Sequence record: PZ019084.1 | DNA length: 64,000 bases | Source of the DNA: a phage | Reading direction: 5' to 3' (one strand) | In this document: positions 17,959-27,795 of the stretch, piece by piece | Layout: the number at the start of each line of letters is the position of its first letter | How positions within the stretch are numbered: position 1 is the stretch's first letter | The notes under the pieces: model-generated | What the model was told of the DNA's origin: nothing | The model's input: the letters and a program-made list of their open reading frames with translations, nothing else | The model's database searches: none | Program-made: the position numbers and the translations under genes

Positions 17959-19772
17959 TGGTGTTTAACCCTATGCATGATTTCTTTATTTTTGCCGAGA
18001 TTAAATCCACGTTCATTCGGATTTCCCAAATAACCACAAGTTCTTCTTATTGTGTTCATCTTTTTAGGATCAGTTTCTCCACAAATAGAACAAACAAACC
18101 CGTTTTCAGTAGGAGTCATTTCATGAGTACTTCCGCATGTAAAACATTTATCTACTGGCATATTAACACCAAAATAATCTAAATGTTGTGCAGCATAATC
18201 CCAGACAGCCTCAAGACCTTTTAGGTTATTTTTCATATCAGGAAGTTCAACATAAGAAATGTGACCACCTGTCGCAATGAAATGATATGGGGCTTCGCGA
18301 GAAATCTTTTCAAACGGGGTGATATTTTCTTCTACTGAAACGTGGAAACTGTTAGTGTACCAGCCTTTATCAGTAACATCCTTTACACTTCCATATTTCT
18401 CAGTATCAAGTTTACAGAAGCGATAGCACAGGTTTTCAGCAGGAGTAGAATACAAGCTAAAAGCAAAACCGGTTCTTTCAGTCCACTGCTTAAGACGAGC
18501 ATTCATTTTAGTTAAAATTTCCTGTCCAATATCACGACCGACAAGAATATTCAATTCGTGAATACCAATGTATCCTAGGGACACTGAACTTCTACCATTT
18601 TTAAATAACTCAATTATGTCATCATCAGGTTTAAGACGAACCCCGAATGCACCTTCTTGGTAAAGAATAGGAGCAACAGTCGCTTTAACTCCTTTTAAGG
18701 AACTAATTCTACACATCAAAGCTTCAAAACACAAATCCATTCGTTCATTGAACAATTCGGCAAATTTCTGTTCATTGAATTGTGTTCCAATATAAGAATC
18801 TAACGCAATACGAGGAAGATTCAGTGTTACAACACCAAGATTATTACGTCCATCAAGAATTTCATTACCAGTCGAATCTTTCCATACGCTCAAGAAACTG
18901 CGGCAACCCATTGGAGAAACAGGAATAGATGAACCTGTGATAGCTTTATTATTCTTAACTGAAATAATATCAGGATACATTCTTTTGCTTGCGCATTCTA
19001 GAGCAAGCTGCTTAATATCATAGTTCGGATCGTCTTTATAAAGATTGACACCCTCTTCAATGAACATAACAAGTTTAGGGAAAATAGGAGTTATCCCATC
19101 ACGACCAAGACCTTTAATACGATTTTTCAGAATTGCCTTCTGAATCATTCGTTCAGTCCAGTCAGTTCCCGTGCCAAACGTAATTGTTACAAAAGGCGTT
19201 TGTCCGTTTGAACTAAAGAGAGTATTTACTTCATATTCATAAGCTTGGAATGCATCGTATACGTCTTTTTCTGTTTTAGATTGGGCATAATTCAAAGCAT
19301 CAGCGATTTGCCATTTTTCTGCATCCTCAATATGTTTTGCATAGGTGCGTTTAACATAAGGAGAAAGTACTTTATCTACATTAGCAAAAGTCGTTCCGCC
19401 ATACTGATGTGAAGCAACCTGTGCGGTAATTTGTGCCATAATTGCAGTAGCAACACCAATCGATTTAGGCGTTTCAATTTGAGCATTACCTAGCTTAAAT
19501 CCTTTTTCAAGCATTCCTTTTAAATCTACTAAACAGCAATTAGTAAATGGAAGAGCAGGGGAATAATCAATATCATGAAAATGGATAATTCCGCTTTCAT
19601 GTGCTTTCATAATAAAAGACGGGACCATATTTTTGGCAATGTGCTTAGACACAATACCAGCCATAAGGTCCCGTTGAGTTGGAAAAACACGAGAATCTTT
19701 ATTAGCATTCTCGTTTAAAAGGTCTTTATTAGTTTTATGAATCAATCCTTCAATTTCTTTTTCAATTGTCAT
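17955..19772 (-). CDS. nrdD: anaerobic ribonucleoside-triphosphate reductase (class III), uninterrupted
   Basis: 605 aa; C-terminal glycyl-radical motif RRTCGYLG and Zn-ribbon cysteines; no intron. Confidence 0.95.
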   Translation of the reverse strand: MTIEKEIEGLIHKTNKDLLNENANKDSRVFPTQRDLMAGIVSKHIAKNMVPSFIMKAHESGIIHFHDIDYSPALPFTNCCLVDLKGMLEKGFKLGNAQIETPKSIGVATAIMAQITAQVASHQYGGTTFANVDKVLSPYVKRTYAKHIEDAEKWQIADALNYAQSKTEKDVYDAFQAYEYEVNTLFSSNGQTPFVTITFGTGTDWTERMIQKAILKNRIKGLGRDGITPIFPKLVMFIEEGVNLYKDDPNYDIKQLALECASKRMYPDIISVKNNKAITGSSIPVSPMGCRSFLSVWKDSTGNEILDGRNNLGVVTLNLPRIALDSYIGTQFNEQKFAELFNERMDLCFEALMCRISSLKGVKATVAPILYQEGAFGVRLKPDDDIIELFKNGRSSVSLGYIGIHELNILVGRDIGQEILTKMNARLKQWTERTGFAFSLYSTPAENLCYRFCKLDTEKYGSVKDVTDKGWYTNSFHVSVEENITPFEKISREAPYHFIATGGHISYVELPDMKNNLKGLEAVWDYAAQHLDYFGVNMPVDKCFTCGSTHEMTPTENGFVCSICGETDPKKMNTIRRTCGYLGNPNERGFNLGKNKEIMHRVKHQ

Positions 19773-20242
19773 TTTAAACTCTTTCTAAGCTGCTTCTTAA
19801 ATGAAGCTATTAATTGTGTTTTGGTGTCAGATTCATTATATTCAAATCCTCTTTGAAGCATCTCAGCCATCATTTCCTCTTTTCCTAAACGAGAAAATTC
19901 CTTTGATTTATCTCCAACGAAGTTAGGGTGAATATTATTTTGGGTGTAATCGGATTTTAAATAAGTAAGTAAATTTTCTAACCATTCAAGATAATCAACG
20001 CCTTGTCCCTTTAAGCCAGAACGATTAAATTTGTGCTTCATTTGACCTTCTGCAGCATTACACAGATTACATAGCAACCCACGTACCTTTCCTGCTTTTG
20101 GTCCATTTAATTCATGGTCATGGTCAAGGTGATTAGCTTGAACATCAGGATTTAGTTCTCGTTGGCAAATTAAGCATTTACCGTTTTGTGCATTATAAAA
20201 TTTCTGTTTTTCTTCTTTGTATAATTTGCCAGTCAATAACAT
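19769..20242 (-). CDS. 49: endonuclease VII (Holliday junction resolvase)
   Basis: 157 aa, Zn-binding cysteines and HDH motif; matches T4 gp49. Confidence 0.92.
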   Translation of the reverse strand: MLLTGKLYKEEKQKFYNAQNGKCLICQRELNPDVQANHLDHDHELNGPKAGKVRGLLCNLCNAAEGQMKHKFNRSGLKGQGVDYLEWLENLLTYLKSDYTQNNIHPNFVGDKSKEFSRLGKEEMMAEMLQRGFEYNESDTKTQLIASFKKQLRKSLK

Positions 20243-20291
20243 AATAAAACCCTTACCTTGAATAGATAAGGGTATTTATTATTTTCAAGTA

Positions 20292-20756
20292 TTAAAATGC
20301 TCGGCCAGAAAAAGAATTTTGAGTTTCAAGCCATTCAATATATTCTGCTGCAGCTTGCATTAAATTTCCTTCATAGCCATCGTTATTTTCTTGTGCAGCT
20401 AATTTAGCTAATGCATATGAAATACGTTCACCTTGAAAAGCGGCTTTAGGTTTATGAATAGCTTGATCAACTCGTTCTACAACTTCTTCAATCTCGCCAT
20501 TTTCTACTGATTCAGTATTCCACAAGCACCAATACGTAATTGGCTTATCATAGATGTTAATAACCTTTCCGTCAGAAAGTTCAATTTCAATAATTCCAGT
20601 ATCAGGTTCTATATCATCTTCGCATTCTTTTGCAAGTTCACGAACTTTAAAGACAGTACCTGCACTAAGTTCCGGCCAGTAATTACACAGCCCTTTATCA
20701 GCACGATTAATTCTAAACCACTTATCTACTGTAATCATGTCCCATCTCCATATCAA
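20292..20756 (-). CDS. hypothetical protein (154 aa); position compatible with T4 pin
   Basis: Acidic protein; assignment by position only. Confidence 0.4.
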   Translation of the reverse strand: MIWRWDMITVDKWFRINRADKGLCNYWPELSAGTVFKVRELAKECEDDIEPDTGIIEIELSDGKVINIYDKPITYWCLWNTESVENGEIEEVVERVDQAIHKPKAAFQGERISYALAKLAAQENNDGYEGNLMQAAAEYIEWLETQNSFSGRAF

Positions 20757-20861
20757 TTAAGTCATTTATTGTTGGTTCATTATATACTGTTTCTTCATCA
20801 GTGTAAACCGGTTCTTCCGGCTCTGGCTCTACTGTTTCCCATCTAGCCGCCCACCAAGGTT

Positions 20862-21182
20862 TTATAGCGTAATCCATTCTCGTATTGTCTGAGTTACTAC
20901 ACGTTCACGGGGCTCGACTAGTTCAACAGTCGGAACTGCATAATACCAGTCAGAATGGTAAGAACCTGAGCGAGATTCATTTACAGACACATGAACGTTA
21001 TGTTTTGGACTAAAATAAACGCACTGCCGATATTGGCATTTGCCATCTTGTACCCAATCTTCTATTTCGACAGGTTTAAGATAATCCGAAAAATCGAAAT
21101 CATAATTTTCTGAAAATGCATCATGGTCTTCGATGATTTCACTCAGAACTGCATCAACATCTAATTTATTTTCAATAGTCAT
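20862..21182 (-). CDS. hypothetical protein (106 aa)
   Basis: Small ORF. Confidence 0.5.
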   Translation of the reverse strand: MTIENKLDVDAVLSEIIEDHDAFSENYDFDFSDYLKPVEIEDWVQDGKCQYRQCVYFSPKHNVHVSVNESRSGSYHSDWYYAVPTVELVEPRERVVTQTIREWITL

Positions 21183-21192
21183 TTGTCACCAA

Positions 21193-21402
21193 TTAATTTC
21201 GCAATTTATTAAGTTCTTCATAATCAATCCAGGATTCTAATCCTGATGGCAAATCAGATTCAATTTCCCAAAGAAGTTCTTCAATTTTCTGAAGACGATC
21301 TAATTCTTCGGCAGGAATAGTAACCATTGACGGAGTTCTTGATACACTAATATCGTAAATCATATTTACCCCAGTTTGACCATGCAATCGCCATATTTCC
21401 AT
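21193..21402 (-). CDS. hypothetical protein (69 aa)
   Basis: Small ORF. Confidence 0.45.
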   Translation of the reverse strand: MEIWRLHGQTGVNMIYDISVSRTPSMVTIPAEELDRLQKIEELLWEIESDLPSGLESWIDYEELNKLRN

Positions 21403-21581
21403 TTAGAAATAGACTTTTCACCGTTAGAATAATAAACTTCGAGTTTAGCACGATTATTTTTAATTTGAATAACCTTGGCTGTCATCAAAGTTCCATACCC
21501 GTAATAAACTGCAACCTCATCACCTACATATACCGCGCTTCCGCGGTAGTCATGGATATAATCAGTTCCTTCGAGCATCAT
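21366..21581 (-). CDS. hypothetical protein (71 aa)
   Basis: Small ORF, coupled to nrdC stop. Confidence 0.45.
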   Translation of the reverse strand: MMLEGTDYIHDYRGSAVYVGDEVAVYYGYGTLMTAKVIQIKNNRAKLEVYYSNGEKSISKWKYGDCMVKLG

Positions 21582-21841
21582 TTAAAGTATTCCCGCAATT
21601 GGTCAAATCCACCAATATGACTTCCATCAGGAGCAAATACTTGTGGCATTGTCAAACCAATTTGAGTATCACGACCTAGTTTAGTCAGAAGCTCAGCGAT
21701 TTTCTCATCATCAAAAACACCTTTTTCTGGCATAATGTTGATAAATTCAAATGGCTGTTTCTTCACAGTCAAGAGACGTTTTGCATTATCGCAATACACA
21801 CATTTATGGATGTTGCTATCATAACCATATACTTTAAACAT
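21578..21841 (-). CDS. nrdC: glutaredoxin / thioredoxin
   Basis: 87 aa, CVYC active site. Confidence 0.88.
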   Translation of the reverse strand: MFKVYGYDSNIHKCVYCDNAKRLLTVKKQPFEFINIMPEKGVFDDEKIAELLTKLGRDTQIGLTMPQVFAPDGSHIGGFDQLREYFK

Positions 21842-21842
21842 A

Positions 21843-22085
21843 TTATTCCTTAATTCCTAGTACTTGTTTAAAAGTCTCGTCGTAATCAAGACTTTGACCT
21901 GTTTGTTCTTTATGTTTGTATATAATATCACTTACTTCTGATAGCATATTTTTATATGAACGAGTTAAAGCAGATTTAAGCACGCTGTATCTATCAGGAA
22001 ATTTACCATGTTCATTATAATACGCTATTGCTAATTCACGGACTGCCCTTTCAGCAGTCTCCATATATTCTTTACGCTTTGTCAT
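21843..22085 (-). CDS. hypothetical protein (80 aa)
   Basis: Small ORF. Confidence 0.5.
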   Translation of the reverse strand: MTKRKEYMETAERAVRELAIAYYNEHGKFPDRYSVLKSALTRSYKNMLSEVSDIIYKHKEQTGQSLDYDETFKQVLGIKE

Positions 22086-22368
22086 TTTCTTCTCGGTTAA
22101 ATCGGTGTTTGCAATGACGGCATTTATAACGAAGATTACTAGTCTGCCAATGGACTAATTGAACCTGTTCAGTACCGCATTCAGGACAATTAGGAACGTT
22201 TTTAGAAGCCCTTTCGCGACGTTCAACCATAGCCATAATGGCATCCCAAGCTGGAGGTTTAAAATCTAAATCGTCAGTAACTAGCAGTCCTTTATCAAAC
22301 CCAGCGCATGGAGTCCATTCAGGAAAATCTGAAGCTTCGGCAATATCTTCTAATAGACGCTTTTTCAT
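22072..22368 (-). CDS. zinc-ribbon protein (98 aa)
   Basis: CPECG...CRHCKHRF paired CxxC motifs. Confidence 0.5.
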   Translation of the reverse strand: MKKRLLEDIAEASDFPEWTPCAGFDKGLLVTDDLDFKPPAWDAIMAMVERRERASKNVPNCPECGTEQVQLVHWQTSNLRYKCRHCKHRFNREENDKA

Positions 22369-23294
22369 TTCAATACCTCAATAGCATTACGTAAACCATT
22401 TGCTTTTGCATTAAGAGCTTTTAACAATTTAGTGTGTTCGGCAATCTGGGCTTCAACTTCAATCAAACGAGCATTGAGATATTCGCGTTCTTCGCTCAGG
22501 CTATCAACCTTTTCTACTTTAGGTTCTTTTACAATTGGCTTGTATGTATTAGGGTTCTTCAGTTTAATTAGAATGCGTGAGCTGTATAACATTGAACCAT
22601 TATCTTCGGTTTCGTCATACATTTCTACTACGTCCATGATTTTTAACATCATGCGGAGTTTATAAGACAACGAACGAATAGTTTTGTTGTGCTTATTAAT
22701 TTCTCTAGCTGTCATGGTGCCGAGATTACGTGAGTAATAATAAGGAACCTGGATATTAATTAATACTGATGAACCACCTGGCTTGTGTGTTACTTCATCA
22801 GCAATAACCCAGTCCTTAACATGAACTGTATTTGTACGGTCATCACCCGCGGTAAACAGTTTGCGAGCATGCTTAAAAAGCATATTCACTTGGTCATTGA
22901 ATTGACAAGCAAATTTATCAGCAAATTTAGTTTCAGGAATGGTAGATAACCAATCAGCCAAATGGGTCTTTTTAACATCGTTAACAATAGTAAATTCAAC
23001 CAAATCGGTTATAGATGTCGCAGATTTAATGAAGCTCGGCTTCATAAAGTTTTTAATGTTATCACTAGCTACAGTAGAAGATAACAGACGAGAACGTTTA
23101 AACCATTGAAGCAAATTGCCTAACGAATGAGAATAAGCGTTTTGAGTATCTTTACAGATATGATTTTCCTGGCCAACATATTGAAGGAAATCACGAAGAA
23201 TATTATTGATTATTGCTCTGTGCCCAATCTGATAATTACGATGTTTAGTAATAAGACTGTCAAAATAATCAATATAATGTTTACGAGTTTTCAT
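22365..23294 (-). CDS. hypothetical protein with C-terminal coiled coil (309 aa), member of tandem paralogue array
   Basis: N-terminal MKTRKHYIDYF resembles the neighbouring paralogues; C-terminal heptad-repeat helix. Confidence 0.6.
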   Translation of the reverse strand: MKTRKHYIDYFDSLITKHRNYQIGHRAIINNILRDFLQYVGQENHICKDTQNAYSHSLGNLLQWFKRSRLLSSTVASDNIKNFMKPSFIKSATSITDLVEFTIVNDVKKTHLADWLSTIPETKFADKFACQFNDQVNMLFKHARKLFTAGDDRTNTVHVKDWVIADEVTHKPGGSSVLINIQVPYYYSRNLGTMTAREINKHNKTIRSLSYKLRMMLKIMDVVEMYDETEDNGSMLYSSRILIKLKNPNTYKPIVKEPKVEKVDSLSEEREYLNARLIEVEAQIAEHTKLLKALNAKANGLRNAIEVLK

Positions 23295-23346
23295 GTTCTT
23301 CTCACTTGGTTAATGATTTATACTCCGAGCCATCCTTGGCTTTAAA

Positions 23347-24348
23347 TTACTTAATTAACTGTAAAGCTTGTTCAAGACGATCCAGACGATTAACAGATTC
23401 TTCCCAAATCCTTTTAGCCTGCTCATATTCTTTCTGCGCTTTATTAGAAATTTCTAGAGCTTCTTTATAAGCTTTTTCTAGTGCAATAACTTCTGGACGA
23501 ATTTCTACATGTTCAGGCGAATCATCAAGATTATCCATTAGTTCCTCAAGTGTAATTTCTTCTTTAGGAGTATTCACAATTTCATCACATTTTTGTTGGT
23601 AAATTTCTTTATCAGTCGGTAAATAAGCACATTTCACTTCACGAAGACTAACTACAATTTTATATCCTTCCCAACCGCATATATTCTTAAAAGGATACGT
23701 ATGAATATTTTCTACTGTTTCCATACAAAGTAATGCGGTTTCTAATTGACGAGTTATAGTGCTAGCAATTGAGAAAAATTTATTAATGTTCTTTTGGTTA
23801 GTTTCTGGTGTAAAAAATCCATAATTCACAAAAATAGATACTTTATTTTTATCAAGTTCATATTCTTTTATGATAATCATATCAGAAGCCAAAGGATGAA
23901 TTTGACGATAATCGCCATAACATAATTTAGAAGCTGATTTTAGAATCTGTCCTTTGAAAAGTCTGAAATTACTAATCCAACGACGAGTAAAAATATTCTC
24001 AGGGTCTTCTTTATTATTAAGATGATAAGAATTAACATCACCGAACCAATTATATCCTACTACATCTTTGGTTCGTTTAATTTCTTTCCCAAAATTACCA
24101 AGAATATCCCGATTAACCAAATATGAAAGAAGACGAGACTCTTTAAAGGTTTTCTTGATAACATCTTTATCTACACGGCTAGAAATTTTACGAATTTCAT
24201 GAATAAATTTAGTAGAAGAAACAATACCTGCATCAACACTATTGAGCCATTGATTGATAATAGAAATAACGCTATTTTGACCAAACATCGGTATAGCTTT
24301 ATCATCAATAACGCTGTTGAATGATTTGATATATTCGTTACGAGTCAT
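23347..24348 (-). CDS. hypothetical protein with C-terminal coiled coil (333 aa), paralogue
   Basis: Start trimmed to MTRNEY because an early promoter lies inside the longer ORF; shares motif FRLFKGQILKSASKL with the next gene. Confidence 0.6.
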   Translation of the reverse strand: MTRNEYIKSFNSVIDDKAIPMFGQNSVISIINQWLNSVDAGIVSSTKFIHEIRKISSRVDKDVIKKTFKESRLLSYLVNRDILGNFGKEIKRTKDVVGYNWFGDVNSYHLNNKEDPENIFTRRWISNFRLFKGQILKSASKLCYGDYRQIHPLASDMIIIKEYELDKNKVSIFVNYGFFTPETNQKNINKFFSIASTITRQLETALLCMETVENIHTYPFKNICGWEGYKIVVSLREVKCAYLPTDKEIYQQKCDEIVNTPKEEITLEELMDNLDDSPEHVEIRPEVIALEKAYKEALEISNKAQKEYEQAKRIWEESVNRLDRLEQALQLIK

Positions 24349-24375
24349 AATAATCTCCTCAGTAGAAAGTAAGAA

Positions 24376-24408
24376 CATTATACCACATCCTTGTGGCGAA
24401 GTAAACTA
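24376..24408 (-). promoter_or_regulatory. T4-type early promoter
   Basis: GTTTAC (24406-24401), 18-nt spacer, perfect TATAAT (24382-24377). Confidence 0.55.
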
Positions 24409-25434
24409 GTTTAGTGCATTTAGTGCATTGTTTAGTTTAGAACGTTGCTTCGTGAGATTTTTGACTTTTTCTTGAGCTTTTTCTAGCATCTTTTCAGCTT
24501 CTAACACTTCATTAGTTGCTTTAACGAGTTCATCATCTACTGCCTTGATAGACTTCTCAATCGCATCGGCATGCCATTTTTCAACAGGTTTAAGACTCGG
24601 ATTTTCAACAGGAAGAAAATTCACTTTATTGAATTTCCATGCATCATTATTACCTGAACTATACATCCAAAATTTAGGATCGTTTGATGAGTAATTGGAT
24701 AAATTTAAATTTAAGTTATCTTGCACTTCTTGCTTTTTCTCTTGTGTAACTTCGTCCTTTCTCAAAAATTCATATTTAAATGAAACGATCATATCAAGTT
24801 CATACGTTGTTGTATGTTCCCAATTTCGCTCAAAACGAGGTAAAATCTTAGACTGAACTGCAGCAACAACATCCATATACTTAAATGCTTCTGTCAACTG
24901 CGATTTAAGGCATTCGCAAATTGAAAGAGAATTTTTTGTATTAGGTTTAAAGCTAATTCGTGCAGTTCTGTTATTTTCTTTTAATGGTCTTACTTCCATC
25001 TGAAGAGTATAACCATCAAATTTCAGATTCTTTAAGTTAATATCAGAACCTTTTAATCGACTCGCAGTTGATAAAATTTGCTTTAATTGTCTACGGAACA
25101 GAGCAATAAATCTCCATTCAATACGATAATGATTTGGATTGAAAAATCCAGATAATAAATCGACCTTACTTTGACCAACGCCTTGAACAAATAGAGGATT
25201 TTTATAATCAATAGTTTTACAGAAATCTGTGAGCTGCTCACGAGCCGTCATTTGTGTAATATACCCCGCTTTACTAAAATTACTCACCCATTCACTGCTA
25301 TTTAGATATTTAAAATGATGAATAGCACGATTAACTTTATCAGGGTCTAAATTATTTTGACACAAAAATGTCATAACATCACGAGTATAGCTGGCATTAC
25401 GAACCATATCTTCAATTTGAGAACGAGTTTTCAT
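24406..25434 (-). CDS. hypothetical protein with C-terminal coiled coil (342 aa), paralogue
   Basis: Motif FRRQLKQILSTASRL aligned with the preceding gene; N-terminal MKTRSQIEDM. Confidence 0.6.
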   Translation of the reverse strand: MKTRSQIEDMVRNASYTRDVMTFLCQNNLDPDKVNRAIHHFKYLNSSEWVSNFSKAGYITQMTAREQLTDFCKTIDYKNPLFVQGVGQSKVDLLSGFFNPNHYRIEWRFIALFRRQLKQILSTASRLKGSDINLKNLKFDGYTLQMEVRPLKENNRTARISFKPNTKNSLSICECLKSQLTEAFKYMDVVAAVQSKILPRFERNWEHTTTYELDMIVSFKYEFLRKDEVTQEKKQEVQDNLNLNLSNYSSNDPKFWMYSSGNNDAWKFNKVNFLPVENPSLKPVEKWHADAIEKSIKAVDDELVKATNEVLEAEKMLEKAQEKVKNLTKQRSKLNNALNALN

Positions 25435-25442
25435 GGTGTTCC

Positions 25443-26354
25443 TTAAGATTTAAGTAAATCAACAATTTTAATTAACTTTTCACGCTCAGATTTAGCTTTA
25501 CTACTCAATCCAGATAGTCTGAAAATTTCATCGTCATATTGTTGAATAGAAATATTCAGCTCTTCAATCTGCTTATTAAAATAATCAATTTGTTCAGAAT
25601 GTTTTTCGTTACTACGAACTGGTACAGGTTTTGTAGGCAATGTAGTTGAACTGGATTCATCCGGGCGATAAATTAAAATACAGCTTGAACCAATAGGGCA
25701 TTTTTCACCAGATGAATATTCTAATGTTCCAGCTTCTTTTAAAACTTCAAAAGCTAAACAGAGATGATGACCCATATTAACATAATCTGTAGAGTGAGCT
25801 CTGATGTAATAATCATCTCCACGAATACTAAATTTAAAGCATTTAAGGTCTTCTGTATTATTGGTCTTAAAAATCATTTGTTTATCTAGACCTTTAGCTA
25901 ATCGAGCGCCTAATGCTAATAGTCGTCGTTGATTTTCCCACAAATCTGCGATCATTTGATCGAATGATAATTTTGGCATCAGTCGACCATAAAGGTCATA
26001 TCCTTTATTGTAATTACGAAGAATTTCACTCGCGTTAATACGAGACAATGCTCCAATTTTATTAAGGGCTTTCATAATGCGATTAGATAAACTCATTCCA
26101 GACCCATTTGTTCGCTGTAAATGTTTTTCTAATCCAAATCCAATATCAACTTTAAACTTATCTAAAATTTCTGCATGAACATCTCTGTCGATAACATTCA
26201 AATCCAAAGTTGAGTTAAATCTATGAAAAAATTTATCTGGCTCTCCACGACGAAGTACAGTCCATTCATTCATCATTTTTTTATTAACTAAAGATTTAAT
26301 TACTGCATTGACATTATTAATTACTACTGACATATTTTCCTCACTCAATTTCAA
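25443..26354 (-). CDS. hypothetical protein with C-terminal coiled coil (303 aa), possible diverged paralogue
   Basis: Same size class and C-terminal heptad helix; weak internal similarity. Confidence 0.55.
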   Translation of the reverse strand: MKLSEENMSVVINNVNAVIKSLVNKKMMNEWTVLRRGEPDKFFHRFNSTLDLNVIDRDVHAEILDKFKVDIGFGLEKHLQRTNGSGMSLSNRIMKALNKIGALSRINASEILRNYNKGYDLYGRLMPKLSFDQMIADLWENQRRLLALGARLAKGLDKQMIFKTNNTEDLKCFKFSIRGDDYYIRAHSTDYVNMGHHLCLAFEVLKEAGTLEYSSGEKCPIGSSCILIYRPDESSSTTLPTKPVPVRSNEKHSEQIDYFNKQIEELNISIQQYDDEIFRLSGLSSKAKSEREKLIKIVDLLKS

Positions 26355-26748
26355 TTTTACTAAATATACAGAATAAGATGGAACAGACTATATAAGCACC
26401 ACACACAGATTGAACTAATACCATTCCAAAGAACCAAACAATATTATCAAACAATGTCTGTTTTACGTCGAAAGGACGTAAACTTACAGTAATATTATCA
26501 CCTTTTTCTATTGAAGAATACATCTCTGGGGAAATATATTCACTAAATCTATAACCATCTTTGAGTTCATATACGGCAATAAACGATAAACTAGACCCTT
26601 TTCCTTGTGTTCCTGTAATGGTATTAACTACAGTAACATCATAATCTTTATAATGCATATAATCATTAATTGCGTAATAACCATATGCAACTACTACACA
26701 TAAACAACATATCAATAAATTCAATCTTTTAATTATCAACTGTTTCAT
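26341..26748 (-). CDS. membrane protein (135 aa)
   Basis: N-terminal and C-terminal hydrophobic helices. Confidence 0.55.
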   Translation of the reverse strand: MKQLIIKRLNLLICCLCVVVAYGYYAINDYMHYKDYDVTVVNTITGTQGKGSSLSFIAVYELKDGYRFSEYISPEMYSSIEKGDNITVSLRPFDVKQTLFDNIVWFFGMVLVQSVCGAYIVCSILFCIFSKIEIE

Positions 26749-26777
26749 AATAATCTCAATTAAAAGGGCTTAGAACC

Positions 26778-26801
26778 ATTATACCATCCTTGGTATAAAG
26801 C
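26778..26801 (-). promoter_or_regulatory. possible T4 middle (MotA-dependent) promoter
   Basis: Minus strand GCTTTA MotA-box-like element 12 nt upstream of a perfect TATAAT. Confidence 0.35.
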
Positions 26802-26803
26802 GG

Positions 26804-27331
26804 TTATGCGAGTACCGTCTTTAACCGTTCTTCAAACTTCCGAAGAGTATTTTGGCGTTCAGCTCTTTGCTTTTTGTAAGTTTCAATACGCTCTGAAATG
26901 AGAGTGTATCGTTCATTTACTGATTCTTTCATAAAATCAGGAATTTCACGAGAAGCTTTAATCTCGTCAAATTTATCAATAACAGCTTGCTCTTCAGCAA
27001 TTAAGTTATCATACATTAAAATATCTTTCTTGATGAACTCAATATCTTCTTGAGTTACACGAGATAATTTAGATGCTTTATCCTTTTTGTACTGTTCATT
27101 AGTATCACGAGACCAGTGTAATGTACGATTTTTATTCGTATTTTTGTAAATTTCTACAATACCAATCTCATCAATAATAACGATCCAATTCCAACGGGAT
27201 TTGTAAATTTGTCCTCCATCAACAGTGATTTCACCTCCGATTGAGATGTCGTTAAAGAACTTGCTTTGTGCTTCAGATTTAAATTTACCATCGTTGTAAT
27301 TTACCAAGTTGAAAATATCTTTAGCGTTCAT
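26804..27331 (-). CDS. hypothetical protein (175 aa)
   Basis: Preceded by an early promoter and leader almost identical to the one at 1928-1990. Confidence 0.6.
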   Translation of the reverse strand: MNAKDIFNLVNYNDGKFKSEAQSKFFNDISIGGEITVDGGQIYKSRWNWIVIIDEIGIVEIYKNTNKNRTLHWSRDTNEQYKKDKASKLSRVTQEDIEFIKKDILMYDNLIAEEQAVIDKFDEIKASREIPDFMKESVNERYTLISERIETYKKQRAERQNTLRKFEERLKTVLA

Positions 27332-27348
27332 TTTGTGTTCCTCCGTAG

Positions 27349-27391
27349 TTGATAGTTGTATAGTACCACAGAGGAACAGTCTTGTAAACTA
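27349..27391 (-). promoter_or_regulatory. T4-type early promoter
   Basis: GTTTAC (27389-27384); conserved core TGGTACTATACAACTATCAACT. Confidence 0.6.
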
Positions 27392-27706
27392 CTAAAAGAA
27401 ACTTCTTTCACAATTTTTTCCACTGAACCATGCGCTCACTACTTTCTTAGTCTCAGGAGCAGTGTTATCCATAAACCATTCAAAGGCAGCCTTTTTATGA
27501 TTCTGGAGGGCTTCTCGGGCTTTAATCTGCTCGCGGTCTATTAACACTAACATATGAGCCTTTCTTGTCACCATGGGCTTCTTATGATTTTTTGAATACT
27601 CCCAGTCATTTGTCCATCGCATTGTCGTTGCGAACTGAAATACTGCTTCTTTAATTTTAGTTTCGTAAATTTCACGAGCCTTTGAGTATAACATCACTAC
27701 CTCCAT
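27392..27706 (-). CDS. hypothetical protein (104 aa)
   Basis: Minus-strand ORF. Confidence 0.5.
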   Translation of the reverse strand: MEVVMLYSKAREIYETKIKEAVFQFATTMRWTNDWEYSKNHKKPMVTRKAHMLVLIDREQIKAREALQNHKKAAFEWFMDNTAPETKKVVSAWFSGKNCERSFF

Positions 27707-27795
27707 TCACCAGTTTAATTCTAGTCATCTTTTTAATGGCAGTCCATATAATCTATTTCTGAACTGCCTTTTTGTCATAGAAGTCCTCTTATGAA

